From: Raillietiella orientalis
Lineage: Eukaryota
Length of the DNA stretch: 64,000 nucleotides
Assembly (NCBI GenBank): GCA_036172245.1
Contig: JAYWIR010000003.1
Location: 5,270,001-5,334,000, forward strand
Direction of reading: 5' to 3'
The notes under the pieces: model-generated
Database searches by the model: none
What the model saw: only the letters and a program-made list of their open reading frames with translations
What the model was told of the DNA's origin: nothing
In this document: in pieces, positions 63,701 to 64,000 of the stretch
Numbering within the stretch: position 1 is the stretch's first letter
Layout: each line of letters opens with the position of its first letter
Program-made: the position numbers and the translations under genes

Positions 63701-64000
63701 TCCCAGATCCTTCATCGGCTATACTGGCGAATTCGATTTCCTGTGGATGGGGAGTCAAGATTTCATCTTTTCCCACAAAAAGATGGAGAAGATTCTTCTC
63801 TTCATGCTGAAATGGTGCTGGAGGATTCCTCACTTTCCTCCTGAAGTCCTCAACGATGCAACAACCAACTTTGGAAGGAAAAACCCAGCAGAAAGGAGAT
63901 GCCTTGAGCAATAGGCAGCTCATTTCCTGTAGACTCTTGCGATTGAGGTAGGAGGAGTCGGAGCAGCCACGGGAAGTGTTCCCATAGGAGGGATTTCGAC

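Noticed and set aside
1..64000. Alternative genetic code, CRISPR array, or prokaryotic/viral operon
   Set aside because: WDR61 ends at a standard stop in the expected position and the other two gene models also use standard stops; there is no regularly spaced repeat-spacer array and no intronless gene-dense block.

Overview
Eukaryotic DNA, most likely arthropod (inferred from the gene families and from many 43-67 nt GT-AG introns). Roughly 1-39 kb is GC/CpG-rich and the right part is more AT-rich. Three spliced protein-coding genes can be built by hand: (1) a minus-strand 7-exon four-TM CD20/FAM189(ENTREP)-like protein with a PPxY-containing tail (1748-11723); (2) a plus-strand GILT-like thiol reductase (43575-47977, last exon less certain); (3) a plus-strand WDR61/SKI8 WD40 gene (48782-50488). 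The most structured accessory feature is a nest of decayed Tx1/L1-clade non-LTR retrotransposons at about 31.6-38.2 kb. There a near full-length host copy (ORF1 with two CCHC knuckles, APE endonuclease, RT) carries two 5'-truncated copies of related elements, and removing each insert restores the host reading frame. A fourth, rearranged (5'-inverted) copy lies at about 62.1-63.7 kb. The three copies that retain a 3' end all finish with AATAAA-YGYCCYGG and have no poly(A) tail. Several strong hairpins and decayed long reading frames remain unexplained. No tRNA, rRNA or CRISPR array was found, and I cannot support a wholly new biological system from the sequence alone.
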